This document shows positions 1-9,053 of a stretch of DNA of 64,000 bases, one piece after another (position 1 is the stretch's first letter; each line of letters begins with the position of its first letter). The position numbers were made by a program, and so were the translations under genes. The notes under the pieces are model-generated. The model was not told the origin of the DNA and did no database searches. It was given only the letters and a program-made list of their open reading frames with translations. The stretch is from a virus: the IMG/VR virus record IMGVR_UViG_3300023174_000090, positions 32,001 through 96,000 of that record; one strand, given 5' to 3'.

Positions 1-635
1 GGAACGTAAATATCTGAAATTAAACTTTGATCTTCTTCATATGCTTTACCTTCTAAGGTTAGATACATTTCTGTAAGTTTAATTCTTTCTTCTCTATTTC
101 CAAATATTTCTATAATCGGAGGAGTGTCTTCTACAGGAAAAATTCTTCCATCTTGTTGTTGATATGATTTTAAAAATATTTTAAATATATTATCAATTTC
201 TTCTCTATAAATCAAATCATCATCCCGCATCTCGTCTTTTTGAAAATCTACGGGAGAAAATTTTGTTATAGGAAAAAAGAAAATAATATCAAAGGACTTT
301 AATGCTTCTCGTACTATAATCCTAGATTCATCCAAGTTTTTATCGGATATTTTACCATTTAAATTCAACCAACTAGAATATGCCAGATTATCTAAAATAC
401 ACCTATCGAATATTACGTTATCTGTCCTAGAATATTGCTGTGATTCGTCCAAAAGAGCATTTAAAATTTCTCTCTGAGACTCTTCTGTTCCGTTTTTTGA
501 GTGTGCGAGGTTTTTATCTTTAATAAAATCCCTATAAGTTTTTTCTGGAGTCTTATAATTTGTCCATTTTTTAAGGAAATCTTCAATGTATGTGCTTTTT
601 CCTTGGCAGTGTGTTCCTGATATTGCTATTTTCAT
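1..635 (-). CDS. P-loop nucleotide kinase-like protein (AAA_28 / thymidylate-kinase-like), 3' end runs off the window
   Basis: Not in the ORF track. Manual translation from ATG at 635: MKIAISGTHCQGKSTYIEDF (Walker A) ... NVIFDRCVLDNLAY (DR motif of NMP kinase-like proteins). Open to the window edge. Confidence 0.7.
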   Translation of the reverse strand, partial: MKIAISGTHCQGKSTYIEDFLKKWTNYKTPEKTYRDFIKDKNLAHSKNGTEESQREILNALLDESQQYSRTDNVIFDRCILDNLAYSSWLNLNGKISDKNLDESRIIVREALKSFDIIFFFPITKFSPVDFQKDEMRDDDLIYREEIDNIFKIFLKSYQQQDGRIFPVEDTPPIIEIFGNREERIKLTEMYLTLEGKAYEEDQSLISDIYV

Positions 636-637
636 AA

Positions 638-901
638 TTAAATTCTGGTTTGTAGTTCTGGAAAATATTGTAAAAATTCATCTTCACCTACGTTACAGGA
701 AGAATCCATTTCTACATTTTTACATAAAATGTTAGGATACGAAGATCTAAGTTTAATTGCTAAATTAGCAATTGTGTCATATTCTTCTTTATACCAATTG
801 CTTGTTATAGGATACAAAGAGGAATATAATAAAGACTCTAGTAAAATTCTGTATTCGTTTTCAGATAAATTTTCAATATTCATTGATTTGAATATTAACA
901 T
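638..901 (-). CDS. hypothetical protein
   Basis: 87-aa ORF tightly packed between co-oriented neighbours. Confidence 0.55.
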   Translation of the reverse strand: MLIFKSMNIENLSENEYRILLESLLYSSLYPITSNWYKEEYDTIANLAIKLRSSYPNILCKNVEMDSSCNVGEDEFLQYFPELQTRI

Positions 902-925
902 ACTTAAATTTAAAAATCAAATATT

Positions 926-1273
926 TTATTCAGTTTCCGGAATTGTTTCTATTTTTCCCAAAAAAGTCATTAATTTATTTTCAATTTTATTTAATAATTT
1001 TAAATCATCCGTATCTATAGTTATATTTGATAATGCTCTTTGTTCTTCAAAATCAGAAGATAATGATTTGTATATAGCTTTTTTAAGTGCTTTTAACAAA
1101 GTTTTATATTTTATAACATCTAATGCAACGTCTTCTTCTTCTGGAAGTGCGCTATTGATTGTATCATCCATTTGCAATGGTGATATTTCAACGGGATTTT
1201 TTTCTTTTTTATCAGAGTTTATGTCATCTTGCTCTTTTAATACAGATTCTAAAAGTTTTAAAAATTTGCTCAT
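926..1273 (-). CDS. hypothetical protein, possible head-packaged internal protein
   Basis: N-terminus MSKFLKLLESVLKE resembles a T4 capsid-targeting leader; TAAATA 8 nt upstream. Confidence 0.6.
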   Translation of the reverse strand: MSKFLKLLESVLKEQDDINSDKKEKNPVEISPLQMDDTINSALPEEEDVALDVIKYKTLLKALKKAIYKSLSSDFEEQRALSNITIDTDDLKLLNKIENKLMTFLGKIETIPETE

Positions 1274-1281
1274 TTAAATAT

Positions 1282-1307
1282 TATTTACCCTAACCTTGAG
1301 GTAAATA
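1282..1307. promoter_or_regulatory. divergent pair of putative gp55-type late promoters (GGTAAATA on both strands)
   Basis: TATTTACC at 1282-1289 and GGTAAATA at 1300-1307 are perfect inverted copies, each pointing at an ATG. T4 late consensus is TATAAATA. Confidence 0.6.
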
Positions 1308-1320
1308 TAGATATTAATAT

Positions 1321-4300
1321 ATGGCTTCAAAGAAAATTAGTCAATTACCATTAAACACTTCAAGTTTACCAACAAGTGCTGTTATAATAACAAATATAGG
1401 AGGTGTTACGTACCAATCTCCTCTTTCTGCATTAGTAGATCCTTCCCCCTATAAATTTTCTAATACAAATAGTAATGCAATTATTCCAAAATTAGGAAAT
1501 AATACTTCTTCTGGATATTATTCAAATGTTTCTGGTGGTAGTTATAATATTGCTTCTGGAAATTGTTCAAATGTAAATGGTGGTAGTTTTAATACTGCTT
1601 GTAAGGGTTTTTCAAATGTAGCAGGAGGTTATTGCAATACTGCTTCTGGATATTATTCGAATGTAGCTGGTGGCATGAATAATACTGCGTCCGGAGATTA
1701 CTCTAGTGTTTCTAATGGTCTTGAAAATATTTCTTCTGCAAATTATTCAAATATAGTTGGTGGTGTTTTAAATACTGCTTCTGCATATGCTTCAAACATT
1801 GCTGGGGGTTGGGGGAATAACGCCTCAAACGATTATTCAAACGTTGCTGGTGGCAGGTCTAATACTGCTTCTGCATGTTATTCAAACGTAGCTGGGGGTT
1901 ATATTAATACTGCTTCTGGATGTTATTCAAACGTTGCTGGAGGACGTAATAATACTGCTTCTAATTATATTTCGAATGTTGCGGGTGGTGGTTATAATAC
2001 TGCTTCTGGATATTATTCAAATATTACTGGTGGTTATGGTAATACTGCTTCTGGATATTCTTCAACTATTGCGGGTGGTTTTTGTAATACTGCTTCTGGT
2101 CGTTATTCTTCAATTTTAGGCGGACGTAACAACAATACCAACAACCAATGCAATACGTTTATTTTAGGTTCTAATATAACAGCAAATGCACAAGATACTA
2201 CATATGTAAATAATTTATTTGCTACTAATAATATTGTAATTCAAGGTTCTTTGAGTGCTGCTGGAGGTGCGACATTTGCAGATACTGTTTTTACAACCAC
2301 TAGCGCATTAAGTGTTGTTAATTTAGGTGTTGGTCCTGCTTTATATGTATATCAAGCATCTGGTCCGTATGATGTTGCTTCATTTGTTGATGGAGACGGT
2401 ATAGAAGTTTTACACGTTGGTAATGCAAATTTTGGTCAAACCGGAAAAATTGGTATAAATCAAAGTTTTCCTAATAAAGAATTAACAGTTACTGGAGAAA
2501 TCAGTGCAACTGGAATTATTTATGCTTTAAGCGGAAATAGTTCTAGTTGGAATTCTGTTTATAATTCAGTTTTATCAAATTCTGCTAATAATGCTTCTAT
2601 AAATTATGTAAATTCCAATTATCTTCCATTAACCGGAGGAACTATAATAGGTGAGGTTAATGTTCTATCGGGATTGAACGCGGGTTATGGAAATTTAACA
2701 CTAGAAATAAATGAAAATAGTGTTTCTGTATATGGCCCGTTAAGTTCTAACAATACAATTTATGATTCTGTTGGAAATTCAACAGAATGGAATTCTGTTT
2801 ATACTACAGTATATAATACTTCGGCTGATTGGGATTCTACATATACAAATCAAACAAATTATTTACCATTAAGCGGTGGAACAATAACAGGTGACGTTAC
2901 TATTTTATCTGGTTTAGAAGTTGGGTATGGAAATTTAACACTAGAAATAAATGAAAATAGTGTTTCTGTATATGTACCGTTAAGTTCTAACAATGCAATT
3001 TACGATTCTGTTGGAAATTCAAATCAATGGAATTCTGTTTATACTTCTGTTCTAAATACGTCTGCTAGTAATGCTTCTATAAATTATGTTAATTCTAATT
3101 ATCTTCCATTAACCGGAGGAACAATAACAGGTCCGGTTGAAATAAATGCATCAGAGGTTGATAATGTATTAAAATTAAAAGGAAAGTATGGCGGTTATTT
3201 AGACATAGTATTAACCGATGAGTCTTTTACAGCTGGATATCCTGCTCCGGTTGGATCTATTGGATCATCCGGTGAGGGATTTTCTGTAAAATATGGAGTA
3301 GGAGATACTCAATGGGGTAAGGTTGTTTATAGTACTAATTTTGACGAGGGCGATGAAGCTACTATTAAAAATCTAAAACTAGAAAAATTAAAAGATGGTA
3401 ATAACAATTTTGTTTTAGATACGACTGGTGGGTTTAATGTTTATAATACTGCTAATTCAAATAAAGCTATAGAAATTGTTGATAATCAACTTTTATATAA
3501 TGTTTCTAATGAAGTAGTATTAGATTTTACAGATAAATTTTATATTAAAAAAAACACAAGAATAGATGCAGATGTTACTATTTTTGGAAACCTTACATCA
3601 ACTGGCACTCAAACATTTGCAAATACTATATTCTCGACAACAAGTTCATTAAGTGTTTATCATGTTGGAACCGGACCAGCATTATGGGTCGGTAACTATG
3701 GAACTGGTGATATTGCTTCCTTTTATGACTTAGATAAAAATATAGAAATTCTTCATGTCGGAGGAAATGATGGAATATTTCCTAATGTTGGTGTTAAAAC
3801 ATCTTATCCTAATAAAGATTTTACAGTTAACGGAGAAATTAGTGCTTCTGGTGATATATGGACATCTGGAAGAATTATTTCTGATATTATCGAAACAGGA
3901 TCAGGAAGTATTACACTCTTTGTTTCTTCTGGGCTTGTTGGTATTAATACAGAACTTCCAAATAAATCTCTTACAGTTAACGGAGAAATTAGTGCTTCTG
4001 GTGATATATGGACATCTGGAAGAATTATTTCTGATATTATCGAAACAGGATCAGGGAGTATTACACTCTTTGTTTCTTCTGGGCTTGTTGGTATTAATAC
4101 AGAACTTCCAAATAAATCTCTAACAGTTAACGGAGAAATTAGTGCTTCTGGAATTATTTATGCCTTAAGTGGAAATAGTTCTAATTGGAATTCTGTTTAT
4201 TCATCATGGGAAACTGCATCTGCAACTTCTATTGTTTCTTACAATGATACTAGATTTTCAAAACTTTCTAGCCAAGCATATAAATTAACATATCCTAGGC

Positions 4301-5310
4301 TTTCGATAAGTCCTATAAATGGAAATAATACTGCTTCTGGATATTATTCAAATGTAAATGGTGGTTATGGTAATAATGTACTTGGAGATTATTCAAGCAT
4401 AGGTGGCGGTATTTGTAATAATGCGTCTGGATATGTTTCGACAATTTCTGGTGGTAGAAGTAATACTGCTTCTGGATGCAAATCAACAGTAAGTGGTGGT
4501 TATTGTAATAGTTCTTGTGGATATAGTTCAACAGTTTCTGGTGGTTGTTGTAATACTGCTTTTGGATATGCTTCTAATGTTTCTGGTGGTATATCTAATA
4601 CTGCTTCTAACTATAATTCAAATGTTTCTGGTGGTAGAAGTAATACTGCTTCTGGATGTATATCAACAGTAAGTGGTGGTTGTGGTAATAGTTCTTGCGG
4701 ATATAGTTCAACAGTTTCCGGTGGTTGTTTCAATACTGCTTCTGGATGTGCTTCGAATGTTTCGGGTGGTATAGATAATACTGCTTGTGGCGATTATTCA
4801 AACGTTACTGGGGGTCGTTTCAATACGGTTTCTGGGGCGTATTCACACGTTGCTGGAGGTCGTGATAATATTGCTTCTGGAGATTATTCTGCGATATTGG
4901 GTGGTAGCTGTAATGATACCAACAATAAATCTAATACTTTTACTTTAGGTTCTAGTATAACAGCATCACAACCAAATTATACATACGTAAACAATTTATC
5001 TTCACAGAATAATATTAATGCTACTGTTATAAGCTCTATGGGTGGAAATTCAAATCAATGGAATTCTGCTTACTCAAACCAAACAAATTTTCTTCCATTG
5101 AGTGGTGGAATAATATCAGCAAACTCTTCTACAAACGCATTAACCGTTGTTGGTAATATATCTGCAACACAAAATTATTTTTCTGGAAGCAATAAATCAG
5201 TATTTACACCACAAACAAATACAGTCGGTATTAGTGCAATAAGTAATATTGTTGCTGTATCGGTTTTACCCGCAACACCAAATCCTTCAACACTATATAT
5301 TATTATATAA
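1321..5310 (+). CDS. long tail fibre / adhesin-like protein with YadA-head-like 15-aa repeats
   Basis: Two blocks of NTASGxxSxVxGGxx repeats, VGINTxxPNKxLTVxGEISA fibre motifs, MASKKISQLP N-terminus typical of phage fibres, late promoter motif upstream. Confidence 0.75.
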   Translation: MASKKISQLPLNTSSLPTSAVIITNIGGVTYQSPLSALVDPSPYKFSNTNSNAIIPKLGNNTSSGYYSNVSGGSYNIASGNCSNVNGGSFNTACKGFSNVAGGYCNTASGYYSNVAGGMNNTASGDYSSVSNGLENISSANYSNIVGGVLNTASAYASNIAGGWGNNASNDYSNVAGGRSNTASACYSNVAGGYINTASGCYSNVAGGRNNTASNYISNVAGGGYNTASGYYSNITGGYGNTASGYSSTIAGGFCNTASGRYSSILGGRNNNTNNQCNTFILGSNITANAQDTTYVNNLFATNNIVIQGSLSAAGGATFADTVFTTTSALSVVNLGVGPALYVYQASGPYDVASFVDGDGIEVLHVGNANFGQTGKIGINQSFPNKELTVTGEISATGIIYALSGNSSSWNSVYNSVLSNSANNASINYVNSNYLPLTGGTIIGEVNVLSGLNAGYGNLTLEINENSVSVYGPLSSNNTIYDSVGNSTEWNSVYTTVYNTSADWDSTYTNQTNYLPLSGGTITGDVTILSGLEVGYGNLTLEINENSVSVYVPLSSNNAIYDSVGNSNQWNSVYTSVLNTSASNASINYVNSNYLPLTGGTITGPVEINASEVDNVLKLKGKYGGYLDIVLTDESFTAGYPAPVGSIGSSGEGFSVKYGVGDTQWGKVVYSTNFDEGDEATIKNLKLEKLKDGNNNFVLDTTGGFNVYNTANSNKAIEIVDNQLLYNVSNEVVLDFTDKFYIKKNTRIDADVTIFGNLTSTGTQTFANTIFSTTSSLSVYHVGTGPALWVGNYGTGDIASFYDLDKNIEILHVGGNDGIFPNVGVKTSYPNKDFTVNGEISASGDIWTSGRIISDIIETGSGSITLFVSSGLVGINTELPNKSLTVNGEISASGDIWTSGRIISDIIETGSGSITLFVSSGLVGINTELPNKSLTVNGEISASGIIYALSGNSSNWNSVYSSWETASATSIVSYNDTRFSKLSSQAYKLTYPRLSISPINGNNTASGYYSNVNGGYGNNVLGDYSSIGGGICNNASGYVSTISGGRSNTASGCKSTVSGGYCNSSCGYSSTVSGGCCNTAFGYASNVSGGISNTASNYNSNVSGGRSNTASGCISTVSGGCGNSSCGYSSTVSGGCFNTASGCASNVSGGIDNTACGDYSNVTGGRFNTVSGAYSHVAGGRDNIASGDYSAILGGSCNDTNNKSNTFTLGSSITASQPNYTYVNNLSSQNNINATVISSMGGNSNQWNSAYSNQTNFLPLSGGIISANSSTNALTVVGNISATQNYFSGSNKSVFTPQTNTVGISAISNIVAVSVLPATPNPSTLYIII
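1501..2130 (+). repeat. 14 x 45-bp coding tandem repeat (NTASGYYSNVAGGxx)
   Basis: Units start at 1501, 1546, 1591 and so on. Confidence 0.9.
2551..3130 (+). repeat. 240-bp (80-aa) coding repeat, about 2.4 copies
   Basis: aattctgtttata at 2551, 2791, 3031; GYGNLTLEINENSVSVY and NASINYVNSNYLPLTGGTI each occur twice. Confidence 0.85.
3821..4151 (+). repeat. near-perfect 150-bp tandem duplication (2 copies plus a partial third)
   Basis: 3821-3970 and 3971-4120 differ at one synonymous site that I could see (tcaggaagt vs tcagggagt). Confidence 0.92.
4327..4911 (+). repeat. 13 x 45-bp coding tandem repeat with 180-bp higher-order period
   Basis: NTASGC(K/I)STVSGGxxNSSCGYSSTVSGGC recurs 180 bp apart. 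Confidence 0.85.
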
Positions 5311-5312
5311 AT

Positions 5313-5555
5313 ATGATTCTTAATAATATTCAAAATGGTTATATAGGAAATAAAGAAATTTCTAGAATTTATCTTGGAAATAATTTAATTTTTCCAGCCT
5401 TAAGTGGATTTTGGCAATTCACCGAAATAAATTCTACTATTACTGCATTCTCTGTTACCACAGTTCCTTCTGGTACAATAGATATTGATTGGGGAGATGA
5501 AAACGTAAGTACTATAAATTCTGGACAAACGATAAATAAAACATATACCATTTAA
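5313..5555 (+). CDS. small virion-associated protein with PKD-like motif
   Basis: YIGNKEISRIYLGNNLIF N-terminus typical of fibre-associated proteins; IDIDWGD PKD-like motif. Confidence 0.6.
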   Translation: MILNNIQNGYIGNKEISRIYLGNNLIFPALSGFWQFTEINSTITAFSVTTVPSGTIDIDWGDENVSTINSGQTINKTYTI

Positions 5556-5559
5556 TTTT

Positions 5560-6921
5560 ATGGCAAACACTTCCATTACAATTTATCCTCAATATAATAG
5601 CAATCAGGTAACAAATATTAATTGCGGAACTAGTTCTCCTAGAATTGGTGGAACAATTGATATTTCGTCTTTTCCAAATTTAAATAGTTTTACTTGTGAT
5701 TCTAATGATATAACTTCTTTTAAAGGATTTGCTAACTGCCCGAACTTAACAAACGTTAGTCTTACCCTAAATAAAATTACAGGAAATTTTAATGATATAT
5801 TTCCAAATTTTAACAATAGATTAAATATGGTGAGTTTTGGCGTACGGTCAAACCTAATGACAGGAACAATTCCAAGTTTAAGTGGATTGAGTAATTTGCG
5901 AGTTTTTAGTTGCAATGAAAATCAACTTACAGGACTCATTCCTAGCTTGAGTGGTTTGACTAATTTTCGAGTTTTTGGTTGCAACTCAAATCAACTCACA
6001 GGAACAATTCCAAGTTTAAGTGGATTAATTAATTTGCAAGAGTTTCGTTGCTACTCAAATCAACTCACAGGAACAATTCCAAGTTTAAGTGGTTTGACTA
6101 ATTTGCGAGAGTTTAGTTGCAATGAAAATCAACTCACAGGAACACTTCCAAGTTTAAGTGGCTTGACTAATTTGCGAGTTTTTAATTACAATGAAAATCA
6201 ACTCACAGGAACAATTCCAAGTTTAAGTGGTTTGACTAATTTGCGAGAGTTTCGTTGCTACTCAAATCAACTCACGGGACCCATCCCCAGCTTGAGTGGC
6301 TTGACTAATTTGCAATATTTTTATTGCAACTCAAATCAACTCACAGGAACAATTCCAAGTTTAAGTGGATTAATTAATTTGCAAGAGTTTCGTTGCAGCT
6401 CAAATCAACTTACAGGCTTTGCTGGTGGTTCAGTTTCTAATACTCTTAGCAATTTTCAGGCACAAAATAACCAACTAACCCAAAGTGCTGTTGATACCAT
6501 CTTATCAACATTTAATGCAACAACAAGAACCACGGGAACAAGAGTTTTAAATTTAGGTGGTGCAGGCAACAGTGCTCCAAGTTATACGGGAGGAGTTACT
6601 ACAACGTCTCTTGGATTTAATTTTTCTAGAACAGGAACTCTTGTAACAGCAAATGTAAATAATCATGGACATACAAATGGAAACCTTGTAACAATTACGG
6701 AAATACCACAAACAGATTTTCAAGGAACATTTACCATAACAGTAACTGGACCAAATCAATTCCGATACACAACGGTAACATCCGGATCTATTACAGGAAC
6801 AGGAACAGCCACTATGAGAAGAACGACCAATGCTAATGATGGATTTAGATCATATCAAAACCTTGCCCTCGTTACAAGACTAGGAGGATTTCCTTGGAAC
6901 GTAAATATTAACTTCCCATAA
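5560..6921 (+). CDS. leucine-rich repeat protein (plant-receptor-like 23-aa LRR) with C-terminal beta-rich domain; candidate receptor-binding protein
   Basis: 8 units of NQLTGxIPSLSGLxNLxxFxCxx; C-terminal HGHTNGNLVTIT...FQGTFTIT...FRY resembles the FCCH-like module seen in phage structural proteins. Confidence 0.8.
   Translation: MANTSITIYPQYNSNQVTNINCGTSSPRIGGTIDISSFPNLNSFTCDSNDITSFKGFANCPNLTNVSLTLNKITGNFNDIFPNFNNRLNMVSFGVRSNLMTGTIPSLSGLSNLRVFSCNENQLTGLIPSLSGLTNFRVFGCNSNQLTGTIPSLSGLINLQEFRCYSNQLTGTIPSLSGLTNLREFSCNENQLTGTLPSLSGLTNLRVFNYNENQLTGTIPSLSGLTNLREFRCYSNQLTGPIPSLSGLTNLQYFYCNSNQLTGTIPSLSGLINLQEFRCSSNQLTGFAGGSVSNTLSNFQAQNNQLTQSAVDTILSTFNATTRTTGTRVLNLGGAGNSAPSYTGGVTTTSLGFNFSRTGTLVTANVNNHGHTNGNLVTITEIPQTDFQGTFTITVTGPNQFRYTTVTSGSITGTGTATMRRTTNANDGFRSYQNLALVTRLGGFPWNVNINFP
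5851..6417 (+). repeat. 8 x 69-bp LRR-coding tandem repeat
   Basis: Units start at 5851, 5920, 5989, 6058, 6127, 6196, 6265, 6334; partial unit at 6403. Confidence 0.95.
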
Positions 6922-6922
6922 T

Positions 6923-7129
6923 ATGATAAATGTATACACAAAAGCAGTAATTGAAATAACAGAAAACCAGTGGGTTATGCTTTACGAAGAAGAATCTAAA
7001 AATATTCTCATAGAACCTCAACAATCTTCGGGGTTTTATACAGCAGTTGATATATTAGTAGTTGCTGATTCTAAAGAAGAATTGGACCAATATATCTTAG
7101 AAAATCAGCTGTTTAAATTAATTTTTTAA
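6923..7129 (+). CDS. small hypothetical protein (possible fibre-associated chaperone)
   Basis: 68-aa acidic ORF starting 1 nt after the LRR gene. Confidence 0.55.
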   Translation: MINVYTKAVIEITENQWVMLYEEESKNILIEPQQSSGFYTAVDILVVADSKEELDQYILENQLFKLIF

Positions 7130-7300
7130 ATTCTGCCAGTTCCACGACAATGTATTTGGAACTTTAAAGCCAAAAAATTTTAGTCAATTACTCTTGATTT
7201 TCCCATGTTTCTAATGTGTATTTAAAAAGCGAACCAATTACCGTCTTCAGCAGTGAATACAATTGTGGAAGGTTGCAATAACATTTCAACAATAATACAA

Positions 7301-8119
7301 TTAGCTAATATAACCAAAACGTTTTTGATAGTTATAATAAGTTTTATCAATCCAATTACAAATATCTTTACCTAAAACTTCCTTATAATCCGTATTTAAG
7401 GGAATCACTTCACTTCTAATAGTGTGAAGATCACTAGTAAGACCATATACAGAATCATCTTCTTTAATGGACTGCTCAACATTTTTAAAATCATGTTGAA
7501 ATGACTCTAGTCCAAGATAATTGTAAATTTTATTAAGTTCTTGTTGAGGATTATTTGTTAAATCTTCTGCTCTGACATATAAAACATTTTTATTAATGCC
7601 CTCTAGAAAACATTGCTCTAAACGCTCCAGTGCAAGTCCCACTGGTGGCGATGCAAACCAAGAATCCACTCTTTTTGCTGTGTTTGTACCAGACATTTCC
7701 GCATGATTTTGAATTGATTGATGGTTTTCTTGGTTTTTACGATAAATTTTTTCCATGGATGAAATAATACTTTTTAAGTTTCTTACCATGCATATCATTT
7801 TTGGTTTATATGGCATAAATGCCTCAAACCATTTATAATGAATAGTACCGCCTCTTGTTTTTATGCAAATATTAGATTTTTCTGAATATGAACTTGCATA
7901 TCCTTCTAAACCACCCCAACAAAATCCTCTCCATGCATTTATTGCTAAATTCTTATTAATAGCCTTAACTTCTGGAGAATTTGTAAAATTCATTCTAGCT
8001 CCATAGAGATATTCAAGAACTGGATCAGTAGGAGTTGCTGTTATTGTTGGATTTTGATTAAGAATACATTGAAGAAGCGTTGACATGCTTCTAGGCATTG
8101 AAGAATTAAAAAATATCAT
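7301..8119 (-). CDS. sulfotransferase family protein
   Basis: 5'-PSB-like loop SMPRSMSTLL, 3'-PB-like MVRNLKSIISS, VRAEDL..P...L.KIY.YLG. Confidence 0.8.
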   Translation of the reverse strand: MIFFNSSMPRSMSTLLQCILNQNPTITATPTDPVLEYLYGARMNFTNSPEVKAINKNLAINAWRGFCWGGLEGYASSYSEKSNICIKTRGGTIHYKWFEAFMPYKPKMICMVRNLKSIISSMEKIYRKNQENHQSIQNHAEMSGTNTAKRVDSWFASPPVGLALERLEQCFLEGINKNVLYVRAEDLTNNPQQELNKIYNYLGLESFQHDFKNVEQSIKEDDSVYGLTSDLHTIRSEVIPLNTDYKEVLGKDICNWIDKTYYNYQKRFGYIS

Positions 8120-8122
8120 ACA

Positions 8123-9052
8123 TTAAAACACTATAGTAGGATTCATATTAAAAAGCAACTCATTTTTTGAACCTAAAATTGATTCTATAAACCTATTTTT
8201 GTCAAATAGTTTATTAATATCTTTATACGGACATTCATGCAGTCTACCACCTGTCCAATCATCAGATTCTAAGTACGAATCTATTCTATGGCGAAATACT
8301 TCTTGTTTATCTACTACAATATTTGTATGAATTTCATGTCCAAATACTTTTGGAGAGTTTGAAATCCATCCAACGGTAGCATTTTTGTTTAAAGCTGCTG
8401 CTGCATGTTGAGCAAATGAATCTATACATAAAAATTTGTCTGATAATGCAATATAACAGAACAAATTTCTAAAATTATCTGTTACTGGAATGGTATTTTT
8501 AATATTTTGTTGATCTTCTCTCTTAATATGAAGTATTTTATCAAATTTATCTTTAATAGAATCAACAATTTCTGCGGTAAATGATATTGGAAGATCTCTG
8601 GACCAAGAATATGGTATTTTTTGATTTTCAGCACCTCCTGAAGATTGAATTGTGAGTATTGGACCTTGTTTATTTAAAATATTTTGAACAAACATCAACT
8701 CTCTTTCGGTTAGAAAGAGTTCTGGTTTAATAGAAATACATGGAATATTGAATATATCACACCAAATTTCTGCTAAATGTTTTTTTCTATATAAAAGATC
8801 TCCAGAATGATACGGTTCCATTCTGAATATTTTAGAATCTTTGTTTTTTATATAATCATCATAAAAATAAGAAATATTTCCAAATTTATATACCCTAAAA
8901 ACATTAGGATTATGTAAAAATACTTCTGGATAAGAAGTTACAACAATTAATTCATGTTCTGGATATGCAGATTTTATCGATTTTACAACTGATGTTCCTA
9001 CAATTGATTTTCCACAACCACCGTCAATATGATAAATTGCATATTTTTCCAT
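8123..9052 (-). CDS. GT9-like (heptosyltransferase-type, GT-B) glycosyltransferase
   Basis: N-terminal GGCGKSI...IKSAYP...VF.HNPNV and C-terminal FLCIDSFAQHAAAALN match the GT9 pattern. Confidence 0.75.
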   Translation of the reverse strand: MEKYAIYHIDGGCGKSIVGTSVVKSIKSAYPEHELIVVTSYPEVFLHNPNVFRVYKFGNISYFYDDYIKNKDSKIFRMEPYHSGDLLYRKKHLAEIWCDIFNIPCISIKPELFLTERELMFVQNILNKQGPILTIQSSGGAENQKIPYSWSRDLPISFTAEIVDSIKDKFDKILHIKREDQQNIKNTIPVTDNFRNLFCYIALSDKFLCIDSFAQHAAAALNKNATVGWISNSPKVFGHEIHTNIVVDKQEVFRHRIDSYLESDDWTGGRLHECPYKDINKLFDKNRFIESILGSKNELLFNMNPTIVF

Positions 9053-9053
9053 T

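Noticed and set aside
729-1277. 182-aa plus-strand ORF
   Set aside because: Antisense to two ORFs that fit the minus-strand gene run; shadow-like composition
1501-6417. Regular repeats as a possible CRISPR array or DGR template/variable pair
   Set aside because: All repeats are in-frame coding units without unique spacers; differences are not adenine-specific and no reverse transcriptase is present in the window
7130-7300. 170-bp gap between convergent genes as ncRNA or pseudogene
   Set aside because: Only short ORF fragments; no convincing hairpin or recognisable homology
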